Positions 49,179-58,921 of a DNA stretch of 64,000 nt are shown one piece after another. The stretch spans positions 64,001-128,000 of the forward strand of contig OY843768.1 in the NCBI GenBank assembly GCA_963693095.2, written 5' to 3'. This DNA comes from Cenarchaeum sp. GTDB lineage: Archaea > Thermoproteota > Nitrososphaeria > Nitrososphaerales > Nitrosopumilaceae. A model generated the notes under the pieces. It searched no databases and was not told where the DNA came from. It saw only the letters and a program-made list of their open reading frames with translations. The position numbers were made by a program, and so were the translations under genes. How positions within the stretch are numbered: the first letter of the stretch is position 1; every line of letters starts with the position of its first letter.

Positions 49179-49515
49179 CGCGCGCGCGTGCGTATGCCTT
49201 GTGATTTATCTATTGCGCGTGGATCGGCATAATGTCAGCACCCATGCCCGTTCATGCCGGTGCAGGCGCTGCTGCGGCGAGTGGGCCGGGCCCGATGCCA
49301 CCATTTGGCCAAGTGGGCAAGAGGCGTGCCGGCCTAATGCCTGGGTTGGCCGCAAGCCGTTAAATATGCGCCTTGGGCACGCCTGCCATGTCGGCAGCAG
49401 TCGTGCTGGCGCCAGCCGTGCCAGCACTTTTCATGCAGTCGTTGGCCATTGCGAGCCAGCTCGGCATCATTTCAGCGTGGGAGAACACCATGCGCACGAT
49501 GGGGGATCCACAACA

Positions 49516-51504
49516 ATGATTCGCGTGCTTGCCGCCATCTCGATCGTTGCGGCCTGTGCGACCATTGCGGGTTACGGCGTGTTGTCCTGGGATGCAGGTG
49601 GGACTGTTGAATATGCCGACGTCGTGCCCGGCGCAGAGGCTGTGGACGACGGGGAGGTGTGGGGAACCGTCGAGCATTACGCGCAGCGCGCCGCCGAGCT
49701 GTACGCAAAGCGCACGCACGGGGAGCATCCGGAGGAATTTCCCGCAATTCGCACTGACGCCCTTGCGGACGGCATTGTGGAGCTGTACTGGGAGGTGCAG
49801 CGCGACGACGATCTGCGCCTCCGGCTGCCAGAGAGGCTCAGGGTGTCCATGGATGCCGCGAATCCCGACGAGCTGGCATCAGGGCTCATCGACCTGCACA
49901 ATGCGGTGCAGAGCGACGACGAGCTGCACCGCATGCTGCCCGAGGAGTTTCGCGTGCCGCTAAAGGCGGTTCGCTATTACTTTGCCACCGAGGCTCCGTT
50001 CTGCCTTGGGGATCCTTTTTGCGCTGATGTGGATTACATGGCAGGTTATCACGGTGCCGACGACGAGAGCTACCTTAGATCGTCCACGGAATCCATGGAG
50101 CCCTGGAACGAAGACAATGGCGTGCGCAAGATGTGCGAGGCTGCCCGCGATGATCTCACAGGGCAGCTTCCGTGGCTGGAGGGGGACGCAGAGTGGCTCT
50201 TTTTTATGGACATATGCAGGGACTGGCACAGCAGGCACGTCTCCTATTCCATCGTGGCATACCTGACCGAAAACGTCTCTGAGCGCTGCAGGAACCTGAT
50301 AGACTCCGGGTGGGTGGTGGGCAACAGTGGCGACTTTTATCGTCCAGGGGCGACCCCTCACGAGACGCGGCAAGAGTTCTACCCCGACGAGGTTCTGGAT
50401 CCTGAACACGATTACGGAAACACCTTGTTTAAATCAAGATGCCTGCCGTCAGGATTCCCGCCCTCCGAACTTCTCCTCCGCCACCCCCCAGAAGTAGAGC
50501 CGGTAGGTTGGGCTTCTGACCCTGCCGACGTCGTGCCCGGCGCAGAGTCCGAGGGGGACGACGGGGAAGTGTGGGGAACCGTTGAGCATTACGCGCAGCG
50601 CGCCGCCGAGCTGTACGCAAAGCGCACACACGGGGAGCATCCAGAGAAATTTCCCGCAATTAGCCCTGACGCCCTTGCGGACGGCATTGTGGAGCTGTAC
50701 TGGGAGGTGCAGCGCGACGACGATCTGCGCCTCCGGCTGCCAGAGAGGCTCAGGGTGTCCATGGATGCCGCGAATCCCGACGAGCTGGCATCCGGACTCC
50801 TCGACCTGCACAATGCGGTGCAGAGCGACGACGAGCTGCACCGCATGCTGCCCGAGGAGTTTCGCGTGCCGCTAAAGGCGGTGGTCTATCACTTTGATGC
50901 CCCGACCGTGTCTTGCTCTTTCTGGTATGTCTGTCAGGATGAGTTTGTGAGCGTCTATTCTGGTTCTGATGACGAGAGCTATCTTCGATCCGTTCAGCAC
51001 ACCACGAAGCTTTGGCAAGACAACAAGCAAAAAGTGTGCAGGGCCGCTAACGACAAGCTTGTGGGACAGCTTCCATGGCTGGAGGGCAACGCGGAATGGC
51101 TCGTGTTTATGGGCGGATGCGAGCACTGGCACAGCAAGCACATCTCCGAGTCCATCGTGGCATACCTGACCGAGAACGTCTCTGAGCGCTGCAGGGACCT
51201 GATAGACTCCGGGTGGGTGGTGGGCAACAGTGGCTCCTTTTATCGTCCAGTGATGCCCCACTACGAGCGGTGGCAAGAGTTTCTGACAAACATATTCACG
51301 CTGGGCTCCACGACGGTCACGTGCACGGAGACTGACGAGTCGGGCAAAACGGGCCGCGCCGCGTTCAGGGTGACTGTGAGCTCTACGGACGTCGTGCCGC
51401 CGGTGATCACGCTGTCGGCTGACATGTCGATTCCGGCGACGTCAAGCGTCGGCGCAACGGAGACGTTCACGGTGACTGCCCGCGGCGTAGACGGGGCAGT
51501 CTAG
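49516..51504 (+). CDS. Secreted or membrane-anchored hypothetical protein with two ~300-aa duplicated units and a fused HYR-domain tail
   Basis: Hydrophobic N-terminus MIRVLAAISIVAACATIAGYGVLSW (ATG 49516). Duplicated 'ADVVPGAE...GEVWGTVEHYAQRAAELY...VPLKAV' unit. Tail 'FTLGSTTVTCTETDESG...FRVTV..D..PPVIT' is HYR-like. Confidence 0.7.
   Translation: MIRVLAAISIVAACATIAGYGVLSWDAGGTVEYADVVPGAEAVDDGEVWGTVEHYAQRAAELYAKRTHGEHPEEFPAIRTDALADGIVELYWEVQRDDDLRLRLPERLRVSMDAANPDELASGLIDLHNAVQSDDELHRMLPEEFRVPLKAVRYYFATEAPFCLGDPFCADVDYMAGYHGADDESYLRSSTESMEPWNEDNGVRKMCEAARDDLTGQLPWLEGDAEWLFFMDICRDWHSRHVSYSIVAYLTENVSERCRNLIDSGWVVGNSGDFYRPGATPHETRQEFYPDEVLDPEHDYGNTLFKSRCLPSGFPPSELLLRHPPEVEPVGWASDPADVVPGAESEGDDGEVWGTVEHYAQRAAELYAKRTHGEHPEKFPAISPDALADGIVELYWEVQRDDDLRLRLPERLRVSMDAANPDELASGLLDLHNAVQSDDELHRMLPEEFRVPLKAVVYHFDAPTVSCSFWYVCQDEFVSVYSGSDDESYLRSVQHTTKLWQDNKQKVCRAANDKLVGQLPWLEGNAEWLVFMGGCEHWHSKHISESIVAYLTENVSERCRDLIDSGWVVGNSGSFYRPVMPHYERWQEFLTNIFTLGSTTVTCTETDESGKTGRAAFRVTVSSTDVVPPVITLSADMSIPATSSVGATETFTVTARGVDGAV
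49614..51250 (+). repeat. Intragenic duplication with near-identical blocks (49614-49970 vs 50523-50882; 50248-50347 vs 51151-51250) flanking a divergent segment
   Basis: Direct comparison: the second block pair is 96/100 identical and the first differs at only a few positions, while the intervening ~270 bp is strongly divergent with indels. Confidence 0.92.
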
Positions 51505-51720
51505 GTCGGCTGCTCGCATGCCAGCGGCAGCACGTTCAGCGCCGGCGCCACGACTGTCACGTGCTCGGCGACAGACAGCGCGGGCAACTGCGATAGCGCC
51601 CCGTTCACGGTAACCGTCAACGCGCTAGACACGGCGCCTGCGCGCTCGCCACGCGGACAGGTGAGGTGCTGCAATGGCAAGCGGAGAGACAGGATCACGC
51701 ACTCTGGCCAGATGGGTTGA
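51505..51720 (+). pseudogene. In-frame continuation of the HYR domain beyond a TAG stop
   Basis: ...VDGAV TAG VGCSHASGSTFSAGATTVTCSATDSAGNCDSAPFTVTVNALD... completes a canonical HYR repeat; next stop at 51718-51720. Confidence 0.75.
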
Positions 51721-51785
51721 GAGTGCTGATCTCGCAGTGCGCGCAATCAAAAACCTATATAGGCAGAGCGTCTACTGTGCCAACG

Positions 51786-53378
51786 ATGGCGCGAAGGGTG
51801 AGAATATTTGACACGACACTGCGTGACGGCGAGCAGACACCGCGCGTTGCCTTTTCCCCGGCCCAAAAGGTAGAGATAGCTAGCGCGCTCGACGCGCTAG
51901 GCGTGGATGCCATCGAGGCCGGATTTCCAGTGGTGTCAGCCGGAGAGCACGAGGCCGTTTCGGCGATTGCGGCGGCCGGACTCGGGGCGGACATATTTGG
52001 ACTTGCGCGCTCGACGCGCAAGGACGTCGATGCCATAGTGGATGCCGGACTGCAGTGTGTCCACACGTTCATCGCAACATCTGCAATCCACGCAAAGGAC
52101 AAGCTCGGCATGTCGCAGCAGGCCATACTCGATGCCGCAATTGATGCCATCGAGTACGCAAAGTCACGCGGCCTTGTCGTAGAGTTCTCTGCCGAGGACG
52201 CGACGCGCTCGGACCCAAAGTACCTGCACCGTGTCTACTCGGCAGCAGCACAGGCCGGCGCTGACAGGGCAAACATACCGGACACGACGGGATACTCGAC
52301 GCCTGAGCACATGGCGCAACTAGTCAGGAATGTCATCGACGCGTCCGGGCTTCCAGTTAGCGTGCACTGCCACAATGACTTTGGCCTCGCGACTGCAAAC
52401 ACGCTTGCCGGAATCGACGCTGGCGCCGCATCGGCACACGTGACGATAAACGGGATCGGCGAGCGCGCCGGCAACGCGTCACTGGAGGAGGTCGTCTCGG
52501 CACTCGAGTTCCTTGATCCCGAGTCGACTAGCGCCGGCGGGCATCCGCGATCGCGCCCACGGGGAGTTACGGGAATAAAGACGCGTCGCATATACGAGGT
52601 CTCACAGCTCGTATCGCACATGGCGCGCATGCAGGTGCAGAACAACAAGGCCATAGTCGGCGAGAACGCGTTTGGCCACGAGTCTGGCATACACACGCAC
52701 GGAATAGTGAAAAACCCGCTCACGTACGAGTCACTCGACCCGCGCCTCGTTGGGCGCAAGAGGTGGTTTGCGGCCGGCAAGCACGCCGGCACGCACGGTG
52801 TCGAGACGACGCTCTCCGAGTACGGGATGTCGCCCTCAGGCGACGAGCTTGCCGGGATACTCGAGCGAGTCAAGGAGATGGGCGACTCGGGCGCAAACGT
52901 GTCTGACATGCAGGTCGTCACGATCGCATCCGAGATTATGGGCAAGGATCCGCCAAAGAGGCTCGTGAGGCTGCGCGAGCTTGACGTCTCTACGAACGCG
53001 AGCCAGACGCCGCACGCCTACGTAAAGCTCGCCATAGGGGAGACTGACCATGACGAGACGGCATCTGGCGTGGGTCCGGTCGACGCCTCGCTTGCGGCCA
53101 TACAGGAGATAGTCGGCGGGATATACGAGACGCGCATAGCCGACTATTCGATAAACGCCGTGTCCGGGGGATCTGACGCGCTGTGCGAGGTGACCGTAAA
53201 GGTCGAGGACGCGCGCGGCAACACTGTGCGCGCAAAGTCAGTCGGCGAGGACATTGTCGTGACTAGCGTCAGGGCAGTCATCGAGGGAATAAACGAGATT
53301 GCGCTCCGGCGCGGTGCCGAGAGCTCGCCGCGCCCACGGCGCACGCGCAGCGCCGGCAGCCGGCGCAGGCGCGCCTAG
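51786..53378 (+). CDS. leuA: 2-isopropylmalate synthase (LeuA/CimA family with C-terminal regulatory domain)
   Basis: 'RIFDTTLRDGEQ', 'HCHNDFGLATAN', 'GIGERAGNASLEE', 'HESGIH', 'GVGPVDAS', 'DIVVTSV.A'. Confidence 0.85.
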   Translation: MARRVRIFDTTLRDGEQTPRVAFSPAQKVEIASALDALGVDAIEAGFPVVSAGEHEAVSAIAAAGLGADIFGLARSTRKDVDAIVDAGLQCVHTFIATSAIHAKDKLGMSQQAILDAAIDAIEYAKSRGLVVEFSAEDATRSDPKYLHRVYSAAAQAGADRANIPDTTGYSTPEHMAQLVRNVIDASGLPVSVHCHNDFGLATANTLAGIDAGAASAHVTINGIGERAGNASLEEVVSALEFLDPESTSAGGHPRSRPRGVTGIKTRRIYEVSQLVSHMARMQVQNNKAIVGENAFGHESGIHTHGIVKNPLTYESLDPRLVGRKRWFAAGKHAGTHGVETTLSEYGMSPSGDELAGILERVKEMGDSGANVSDMQVVTIASEIMGKDPPKRLVRLRELDVSTNASQTPHAYVKLAIGETDHDETASGVGPVDASLAAIQEIVGGIYETRIADYSINAVSGGSDALCEVTVKVEDARGNTVRAKSVGEDIVVTSVRAVIEGINEIALRRGAESSPRPRRTRSAGSRRRRA

Positions 53379-53420
53379 GCCGGAGATGGCCGTGCGCGGC
53401 TGCTGCGCGGGGCGACCCGC

Positions 53421-54422
53421 ATGATCATAGTCGACGAGGCGCGCATGCGCGATGAGATACGCAGGCGCAATCCGGCATCAGTGGCCCTCAACGGCCCGGA
53501 CGGCATGCTCCCGCAGGTTCAGGCCGCGGCCTCGCGCATCTCGGCCGAGTTTGGCATACCGGCGTACGTGCTCGCTGACACGACGTGGGGATCGTGTGAC
53601 ACAAACCACCTGGGCGCCAAGGTTCTCGGCGCCGGCGTTCTCTTTAACATTGGCCACACGATAAGCATGGGCGAGCTCGAGGGCGGCGACGTCATCATGG
53701 TCGACGCCTTTGATGACATTGAGTTTGACCGCGTCGCCGAGGAGTGCGCGCGCATGCTCGCCGGCCGGCGCGTCTCGCTGCTCACCGACAGCCAGCACCT
53801 GAGGCAGGTTGATGCTGTCCGCACTATCCTCGAGGAGGGCGGCGTGGACGTCGTGATCGGTGCCGGAAGCGGCCAGCTCAACGACGCGCAGGTGTTTGGG
53901 TGCGAGTTCTATCCCGCAGTTGCTGCAGTTGCCGAGGGTGCCGAGGCCAATGTCTTTCTGGGCCAGAGCGTCTTTCATGCGGCCGGAGTCGCGCTGTCGA
54001 CTGGCCTGCCAACATATGCGCTGGACCCGTACTTTGGCGAGGTTCGCGACGTCACCGAGTTTGCGCAAAAGACGCAAAAGCGCACGACTGCGGCAATCTA
54101 TGCGGCTTCAGAGGCGCGCACGTTTGGGATCATAGTAGGCCTCAAGGAGGGACAGCTCTCAAAGGTGACGGCCCTGCGCCTGCGCCGCGAGCTGGAAGCC
54201 GAGGGCAGGACGGTCCAGATGTTTGCGATGACGAGCATCACCTCGGATCGCCTCGAGTCACTCACGGGCATCGACGCGTTCATCCAGGTCGCGTGTCCGA
54301 GGATATCGACTGACAACCCGTTCCCAAAGCCGGTCCTCTCGACGCCGCAGGCAAACGCGCTCTTGCGCGTGATGCGCGGGGGCGAGCCCGAGGAGTACCT
54401 TCGCGTCCCGCACTGGCTCTAG
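53421..54422 (+). CDS. dph2: Diphthamide biosynthesis enzyme Dph2
   Basis: 'WGSCD', 'QVFGCEF', 'GLKEGQ', 'DAFIQVACPRIS' (three Fe-S cysteines). Confidence 0.93.
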   Translation: MIIVDEARMRDEIRRRNPASVALNGPDGMLPQVQAAASRISAEFGIPAYVLADTTWGSCDTNHLGAKVLGAGVLFNIGHTISMGELEGGDVIMVDAFDDIEFDRVAEECARMLAGRRVSLLTDSQHLRQVDAVRTILEEGGVDVVIGAGSGQLNDAQVFGCEFYPAVAAVAEGAEANVFLGQSVFHAAGVALSTGLPTYALDPYFGEVRDVTEFAQKTQKRTTAAIYAASEARTFGIIVGLKEGQLSKVTALRLRRELEAEGRTVQMFAMTSITSDRLESLTGIDAFIQVACPRISTDNPFPKPVLSTPQANALLRVMRGGEPEEYLRVPHWL

Positions 54423-54480
54423 CGCAAATTCTGCAATGCGCCTCTAGACTCTTATTTGTCATGCAAGGCCACCGTCGACC

Positions 54481-56985
54481 ATGCGCGTGCTTGCTTTCCT
54501 GGCCCTTTTGTCTGCCGCCTTGGCATTACCTGCAGTGGCGTTCGCTCCTGCTGTCGCTGAGATGGACGTGTTTGACCCTGATGCCATGGATATGGGCGTG
54601 TTCGACCCTGTTGGCATGGAACCAGACGAGTCCCCTATTCGTGCTGAGAGGATCCACGATCTCTACGCGGCACACAAGGATCTAACGGGCATAATGGCAG
54701 CACAGTCAGCAGGCGACTATGACACACCGGACTATCCATTCGTCATGACGTACGTCGACGAGGAAAATGAGGAGCTAGTCGTGATGATGCACGTGATTGC
54801 CGCACTGGCCGGCATAGAGTACGAGGAGCGCGAGCTCCAGATTGCGCTGGACAGTGATGTTGATATTAAAATAATTTATGGCGTCTTTGAGTTTGACTCT
54901 TCACACGCCTCCATTGAATCATGGGAGCAGTACTATGCCATGCACTGCACTCCGTTATACGAGATGGGCTACGAAGATGCCTGCGCGCTATATGCGAAAA
55001 CCCTGCGCGAGCATGGCGTGCATCTGGAAATGGCAGACATTACTGATATCCCCATGAAACCCGACATATATGATAACTCCACTACGCACAATATGCCCGT
55101 CGACCAGAAAGCACTTGCTGTGTACGTCACCGGCGCCTCGCAAGTCTCCATTACGTCATGGGAACAGTACTATGCCATGCGCTGCACGCCATCACACGAG
55201 TATGGCTACGAGCATGCCTGTCTTATACATGAAAAAAACCTCCGCGAGAATGAGGGACGTCCAACGTCCGCTGACACTCCCGTAACGCCCAAAACTAAGC
55301 GTAATGATCACCCTAACTGGCCATTTATCTGGTGGAGCGCACTTGAGCTGCAAAAGCCCCCATATGCCAGATCGGCTCCTTCTCTGCTGCCTCCCACAGT
55401 CTATGTCCCCAAGAACATATTTGTGACGGCCGCGCCGGATTCCAAAGTGCAAATAATGTTCACGTCCGTGGCACATGACGCTATGGGCAACACTATAGAG
55501 CCAGTCTGCCTGCCGCCCAGCGGGGCCACGTTTGGCTTTGGCTCTGGATATGTCATATGCACGGCTACAGACGCGATGGGAATCCAAAGTAGCGCAACAT
55601 TTGATGTCGTCATGACGCCCGAACCCCTTCAGGAAGCGGCCTTTTTGACCCACTTTGAGTATGGCATCGGGTGGTGGAATGAAGTAATCCGGACAGAGGG
55701 GGCAGACGCGCCCGTTTACGGGGAGACCAACTGGAGAGTTGTCGTGCATGATGACATGATCCCCTGGGGACGTCACCAGCTAAACAGGGCTGCTGAGGCC
55801 TATGACTGCCCTGGCGGGTGCGCAATAGAGACCAAGCCCACGATGGATCTCTCGAATAGGACTAATGCAACGCTAAAGTTCGCGTGGCATGCTAATGGCC
55901 CGCTGGGACGCGATGACTCTCTATCTGTCCAGCTGCACAAGAATGGCTCATGGCATACCGTCTACAGGTGGTTCGACGCGCCGGGCGGTGATCACCAGTG
56001 GGCGCACGTGACATATCCACTCGATGGCTTTATGGTGGACGACTTTAAGTTGCGCTTTGTTGCCCATCTGAGCACGCATGGTCGGACTATTGCCGTAGAC
56101 AGCGTCATGGTCAGGCCGTTGGCGGAGATTCCTGGCATTGTGCAGCGTCCTGCGATGCAGCCAGTGTACAAACTGTATGACTCGTCCGAGAGAACACACG
56201 AGTCACCGATCGAACTGCTGCTTCATGGGGGCTCCCAATTGGAGGTAACGGTGCCATCATCAGACGCATACGTGTCCCCACACATGGTCAACGCAGTGGC
56301 CAGCCTGGTCATAAATCACAATGACACCACGGCCATCCTTGTGCCATCCCATGCCATCGACATCACTGGGGCGTCAGACCAGAAACCTCCCAGCATTGCG
56401 CTTGCGGGCTCTGATGCCGAGGATCCTGGTACCGTCGTTGCCAACTCTGTTATTGCTACTACTGACGTCATGACAAACCACAAGGTGTTCTCTGATGCGG
56501 CACTTGTGAAGGTCTTGCCCGAGCGCTCAGTTGAGGTTGACACAGTCCGAAGTGGCACGCGTGTAATCGCCCTGGACGCCTTTGGTGCGACCGGGGATAT
56601 AAATGGCAGAACAGCTGAAATCTTTGGCGCCGGGCCAAAAAGCTCCGGAGACATACTCTCAGCCACCATGACTGTGCGTGCCACAACTGGGCAGATGGAC
56701 ACCACGCTCATAGACCAGGCTATGGCGACATACAGGTCTACAAAGGGCGACAGCGGCTCGCCGGTTCTCCATGTTGATGACGGTGGCGCCTCGGCGTTTC
56801 TTGGCATGCACATAGGGCGCATCCAGGTATTCCTGGGGGATCCTGCAGGTGTGCCGGCAGGCCCTGTGCCCACAGTTGATGATAACGACAATTCACTGCA
56901 GTTTGGCGTGTTCTCCAAGTGGGAGCACATTAGCCGTGATCTTGGGCTGACCTGCATGTCACTCTGCAATCCGGGCATCTCCTAG
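54481..56985 (+). CDS. Secreted multidomain protein: duplicated Cys motif, HYR domain, MAM/jelly-roll-like domain and C-terminal trypsin-like (S1) serine protease
   Basis: Signal peptide MRVLAFLALLSAALALPAVAFA. HYR 'PVCLPPSGATFGFGSGYVICTATDAMG...ATFDV'. Jelly-roll 'MDLS..TNATLKF.W.....L...D.L.VQ....GSW'. Triad candidates 'LVPSHA', 'SDAALV', 'KGDSGSP'. Confidence 0.72.
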   Translation: MRVLAFLALLSAALALPAVAFAPAVAEMDVFDPDAMDMGVFDPVGMEPDESPIRAERIHDLYAAHKDLTGIMAAQSAGDYDTPDYPFVMTYVDEENEELVVMMHVIAALAGIEYEERELQIALDSDVDIKIIYGVFEFDSSHASIESWEQYYAMHCTPLYEMGYEDACALYAKTLREHGVHLEMADITDIPMKPDIYDNSTTHNMPVDQKALAVYVTGASQVSITSWEQYYAMRCTPSHEYGYEHACLIHEKNLRENEGRPTSADTPVTPKTKRNDHPNWPFIWWSALELQKPPYARSAPSLLPPTVYVPKNIFVTAAPDSKVQIMFTSVAHDAMGNTIEPVCLPPSGATFGFGSGYVICTATDAMGIQSSATFDVVMTPEPLQEAAFLTHFEYGIGWWNEVIRTEGADAPVYGETNWRVVVHDDMIPWGRHQLNRAAEAYDCPGGCAIETKPTMDLSNRTNATLKFAWHANGPLGRDDSLSVQLHKNGSWHTVYRWFDAPGGDHQWAHVTYPLDGFMVDDFKLRFVAHLSTHGRTIAVDSVMVRPLAEIPGIVQRPAMQPVYKLYDSSERTHESPIELLLHGGSQLEVTVPSSDAYVSPHMVNAVASLVINHNDTTAILVPSHAIDITGASDQKPPSIALAGSDAEDPGTVVANSVIATTDVMTNHKVFSDAALVKVLPERSVEVDTVRSGTRVIALDAFGATGDINGRTAEIFGAGPKSSGDILSATMTVRATTGQMDTTLIDQAMATYRSTKGDSGSPVLHVDDGGASAFLGMHIGRIQVFLGDPAGVPAGPVPTVDDNDNSLQFGVFSKWEHISRDLGLTCMSLCNPGIS

Positions 56986-57108
56986 CCGCCATTGCCGGAT
57001 TTGGAGACTCTTGCCCGCAGCTCCCGCACCGCTGGGTGCCCTTGCATGCCCTGCGCGTCGGCTCGAGTGCCCAACAGTTATAACAATAGGCGCAGACACG
57101 CGCGCGCG

Positions 57109-57654
57109 ATGGCCAACGAGCACGTCTTTCCGGGGGATCGCCTAGCCTCAGTCGAGGAGTATGGCGTGGGCCATGGCGCCTTTGATGACGGCGAGCGCAT
57201 ATGCGCCGCAGTCGTTGGCACATCAGAGATAGACTCTGAAAAGCACACCGTCAGCGCAGTCGGCCCGCAGGTTCCGGTTCCCGTCGCCGGCGACATTATC
57301 ATCGGCGAGGTCGCCGCAACGCTCTCCTCTAGGATCGCCGTGTCGATACGCTACATCAATGGAAGGCAAGTCACGAACAACGTGGAGTGCATGCTCTCGA
57401 CGAGAAACCTGCGCATGAGGCTCGTCGCGCTAGTCGGTGACATTATTGCACTGCGAATCGTCGGGACGCTCAACGGCGACATACACGCCGAGGTCAACGA
57501 CCCTTCCCTCGGCGTGCTCTTCACAAAGTGCCGTCGCTGCGGCGATCGCGTAATGCTCCACCGTGATGTCGTAAAGTGCATCGAGTGCGGCTGGGTCGAT
57601 GAGCGCAAGCTCTCAAGGGACTTTGGCAAGGATGACTTTGCCAAGGCGCCGTGA
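57109..57654 (+). CDS. csl4: Exosome RNA-binding cap protein Csl4
   Basis: 'VFPGDRLASVEEY..G.G', S1 'P..GDIIIGEV', Zn ribbon 'LGVLFTKCRRCG...CIECG..DERKLS'. Confidence 0.92.
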   Translation: MANEHVFPGDRLASVEEYGVGHGAFDDGERICAAVVGTSEIDSEKHTVSAVGPQVPVPVAGDIIIGEVAATLSSRIAVSIRYINGRQVTNNVECMLSTRNLRMRLVALVGDIIALRIVGTLNGDIHAEVNDPSLGVLFTKCRRCGDRVMLHRDVVKCIECGWVDERKLSRDFGKDDFAKAP

Positions 57655-58463
57655 GCGCATTGAGGCGCGTGTCCTTTCAGGGCGAGCACGGAGCATACAG
57701 CGAGGGCGCGGCCCTTGCGCTGTTTCCTGACGCAAAGACGATTCCATGCGAGTCATTCGCCACCGCAGCTCATGCGGCCGAGTCAGGCGAGGGCGACTGT
57801 GCGCTCATCCCCGTGGAGAACTCGCTGGCCGGAAGCGTCGGGGAGAGCTATGACATACTGCGCACGACTGCGCTGCGCATAGTCGGCGAGACGTACCACC
57901 AGATCAGGCACTGCCTCATTGGGCGCGGATCCCTTGAGGACGTGCGGACAGTCTATTCGCACCCGCAGGCCCTGGGCCAGTGCAGGAGGTTCATCGAGTC
58001 GCGCCACATGCGCCGCGTTCCGACATATGACACGGCCGGAAGCGTGCGCATGGTCATGGAGATGGGAGACGATGCGGCCTGCATTGCCAGCGCCGAGGCC
58101 GCGCGCCTCTGCGGCATGCCAGTCATCATGGATGAGATTGCCAACGAGCCGCAAAACCACACGCGCTTTGTCGTTCTGTCGCGCGACGGCGTGCCGCCAG
58201 AAGGGGCAAACAAGACGTCCTTTATCGCCTCGATGCGCCACGAGCGCGGCGCGCTCCACGCGCTCCTTGGCGTCTTTGAGTCCCATGGCATCAACCTGAC
58301 GAGGATCGAGTCGAGGCCAAAGAGGGAGGGCACGTGGGAGTATGACTTTTTCATCGACGCCGAGTGCGATCCTGCGCTCGCAGCGGCGGCGACTGCGGGC
58401 GCCGTGGCCATCACGGCGGGCATAAAGTCACTTGGCTCGTACGTTGCGGCCCGCGCGCCCTAG
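57651..58463 (+). CDS. pheA: Prephenate dehydratase
   Basis: 'FQGEHGAYSE', 'PVENSLAGSV', 'YSHPQALGQC', 'NHTRF', ACT domain 'INLTRIESRP'. Confidence 0.95.
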   Translation: MSALRRVSFQGEHGAYSEGAALALFPDAKTIPCESFATAAHAAESGEGDCALIPVENSLAGSVGESYDILRTTALRIVGETYHQIRHCLIGRGSLEDVRTVYSHPQALGQCRRFIESRHMRRVPTYDTAGSVRMVMEMGDDAACIASAEAARLCGMPVIMDEIANEPQNHTRFVVLSRDGVPPEGANKTSFIASMRHERGALHALLGVFESHGINLTRIESRPKREGTWEYDFFIDAECDPALAAAATAGAVAITAGIKSLGSYVAARAP

Positions 58464-58918
58464 AACCCGCGCGGCTTGCGCTTTCCAAACCCTGCGCTAA
58501 AGCCCATGATTATGAGGCCCGATATCATGACAAACGCGTCGTACACCACGAATATCCAGTCAGTCTGCGAATAGAGCGTGCCGGCCACGGCGAGCTCAAA
58601 GCCGCTAGATACCATTAGCGTTGACCTGCCTGATGGGCCGTGTGCCCACTCCATGGTGTGGCCCCCCTCGTGCGGCGTGGTCACCTCGCCGTCCTCTGGA
58701 GTGGCGAGTGTGATCTCGAATGACTCGGCCGTTATGTCCAGGGACTGAACCGTGCCCTCTGGCGCAGTCAGGTCAAATGGCGCAATGGACACGCCAGGAT
58801 CGTACACCTCGTCGATCGTAAACTCGCGCAGCCCGAGGTTTGAGATGAGCGAGGCCGCACCAAGCGCAAGGACGACGGCCCCGATTGCAGTGCCCACTAT
58901 TGCGCGCCTTGCTGCCAT
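58460..58918 (-). CDS. Hypothetical membrane protein (N- and C-terminal transmembrane segments)
   Basis: Two hydrophobic segments and a C-terminal 'GF.AGF..RKPRGF'. Co-oriented and tightly packed behind guaB. Confidence 0.7.
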   Translation of the reverse strand: MAARRAIVGTAIGAVVLALGAASLISNLGLREFTIDEVYDPGVSIAPFDLTAPEGTVQSLDITAESFEITLATPEDGEVTTPHEGGHTMEWAHGPSGRSTLMVSSGFELAVAGTLYSQTDWIFVVYDAFVMISGLIIMGFSAGFGKRKPRGF

Positions 58919-58921
58919 GAC

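Noticed and set aside
49012-49515. N-terminal extensions given by the ORF track (here, and likewise for gltX, rpl2, dph5, lysY, leuA, csl4, guaB)
   Set aside because: The extensions overlap neighbouring genes or promoters. Downstream starts match family N-termini, signal peptides or stop/start overlaps.
49970-51150. Diversity-generating retroelement TR/VR pair
   Set aside because: Differences between the copies involve all four bases plus indels rather than adenine-specific changes, and there is no reverse transcriptase in the window.
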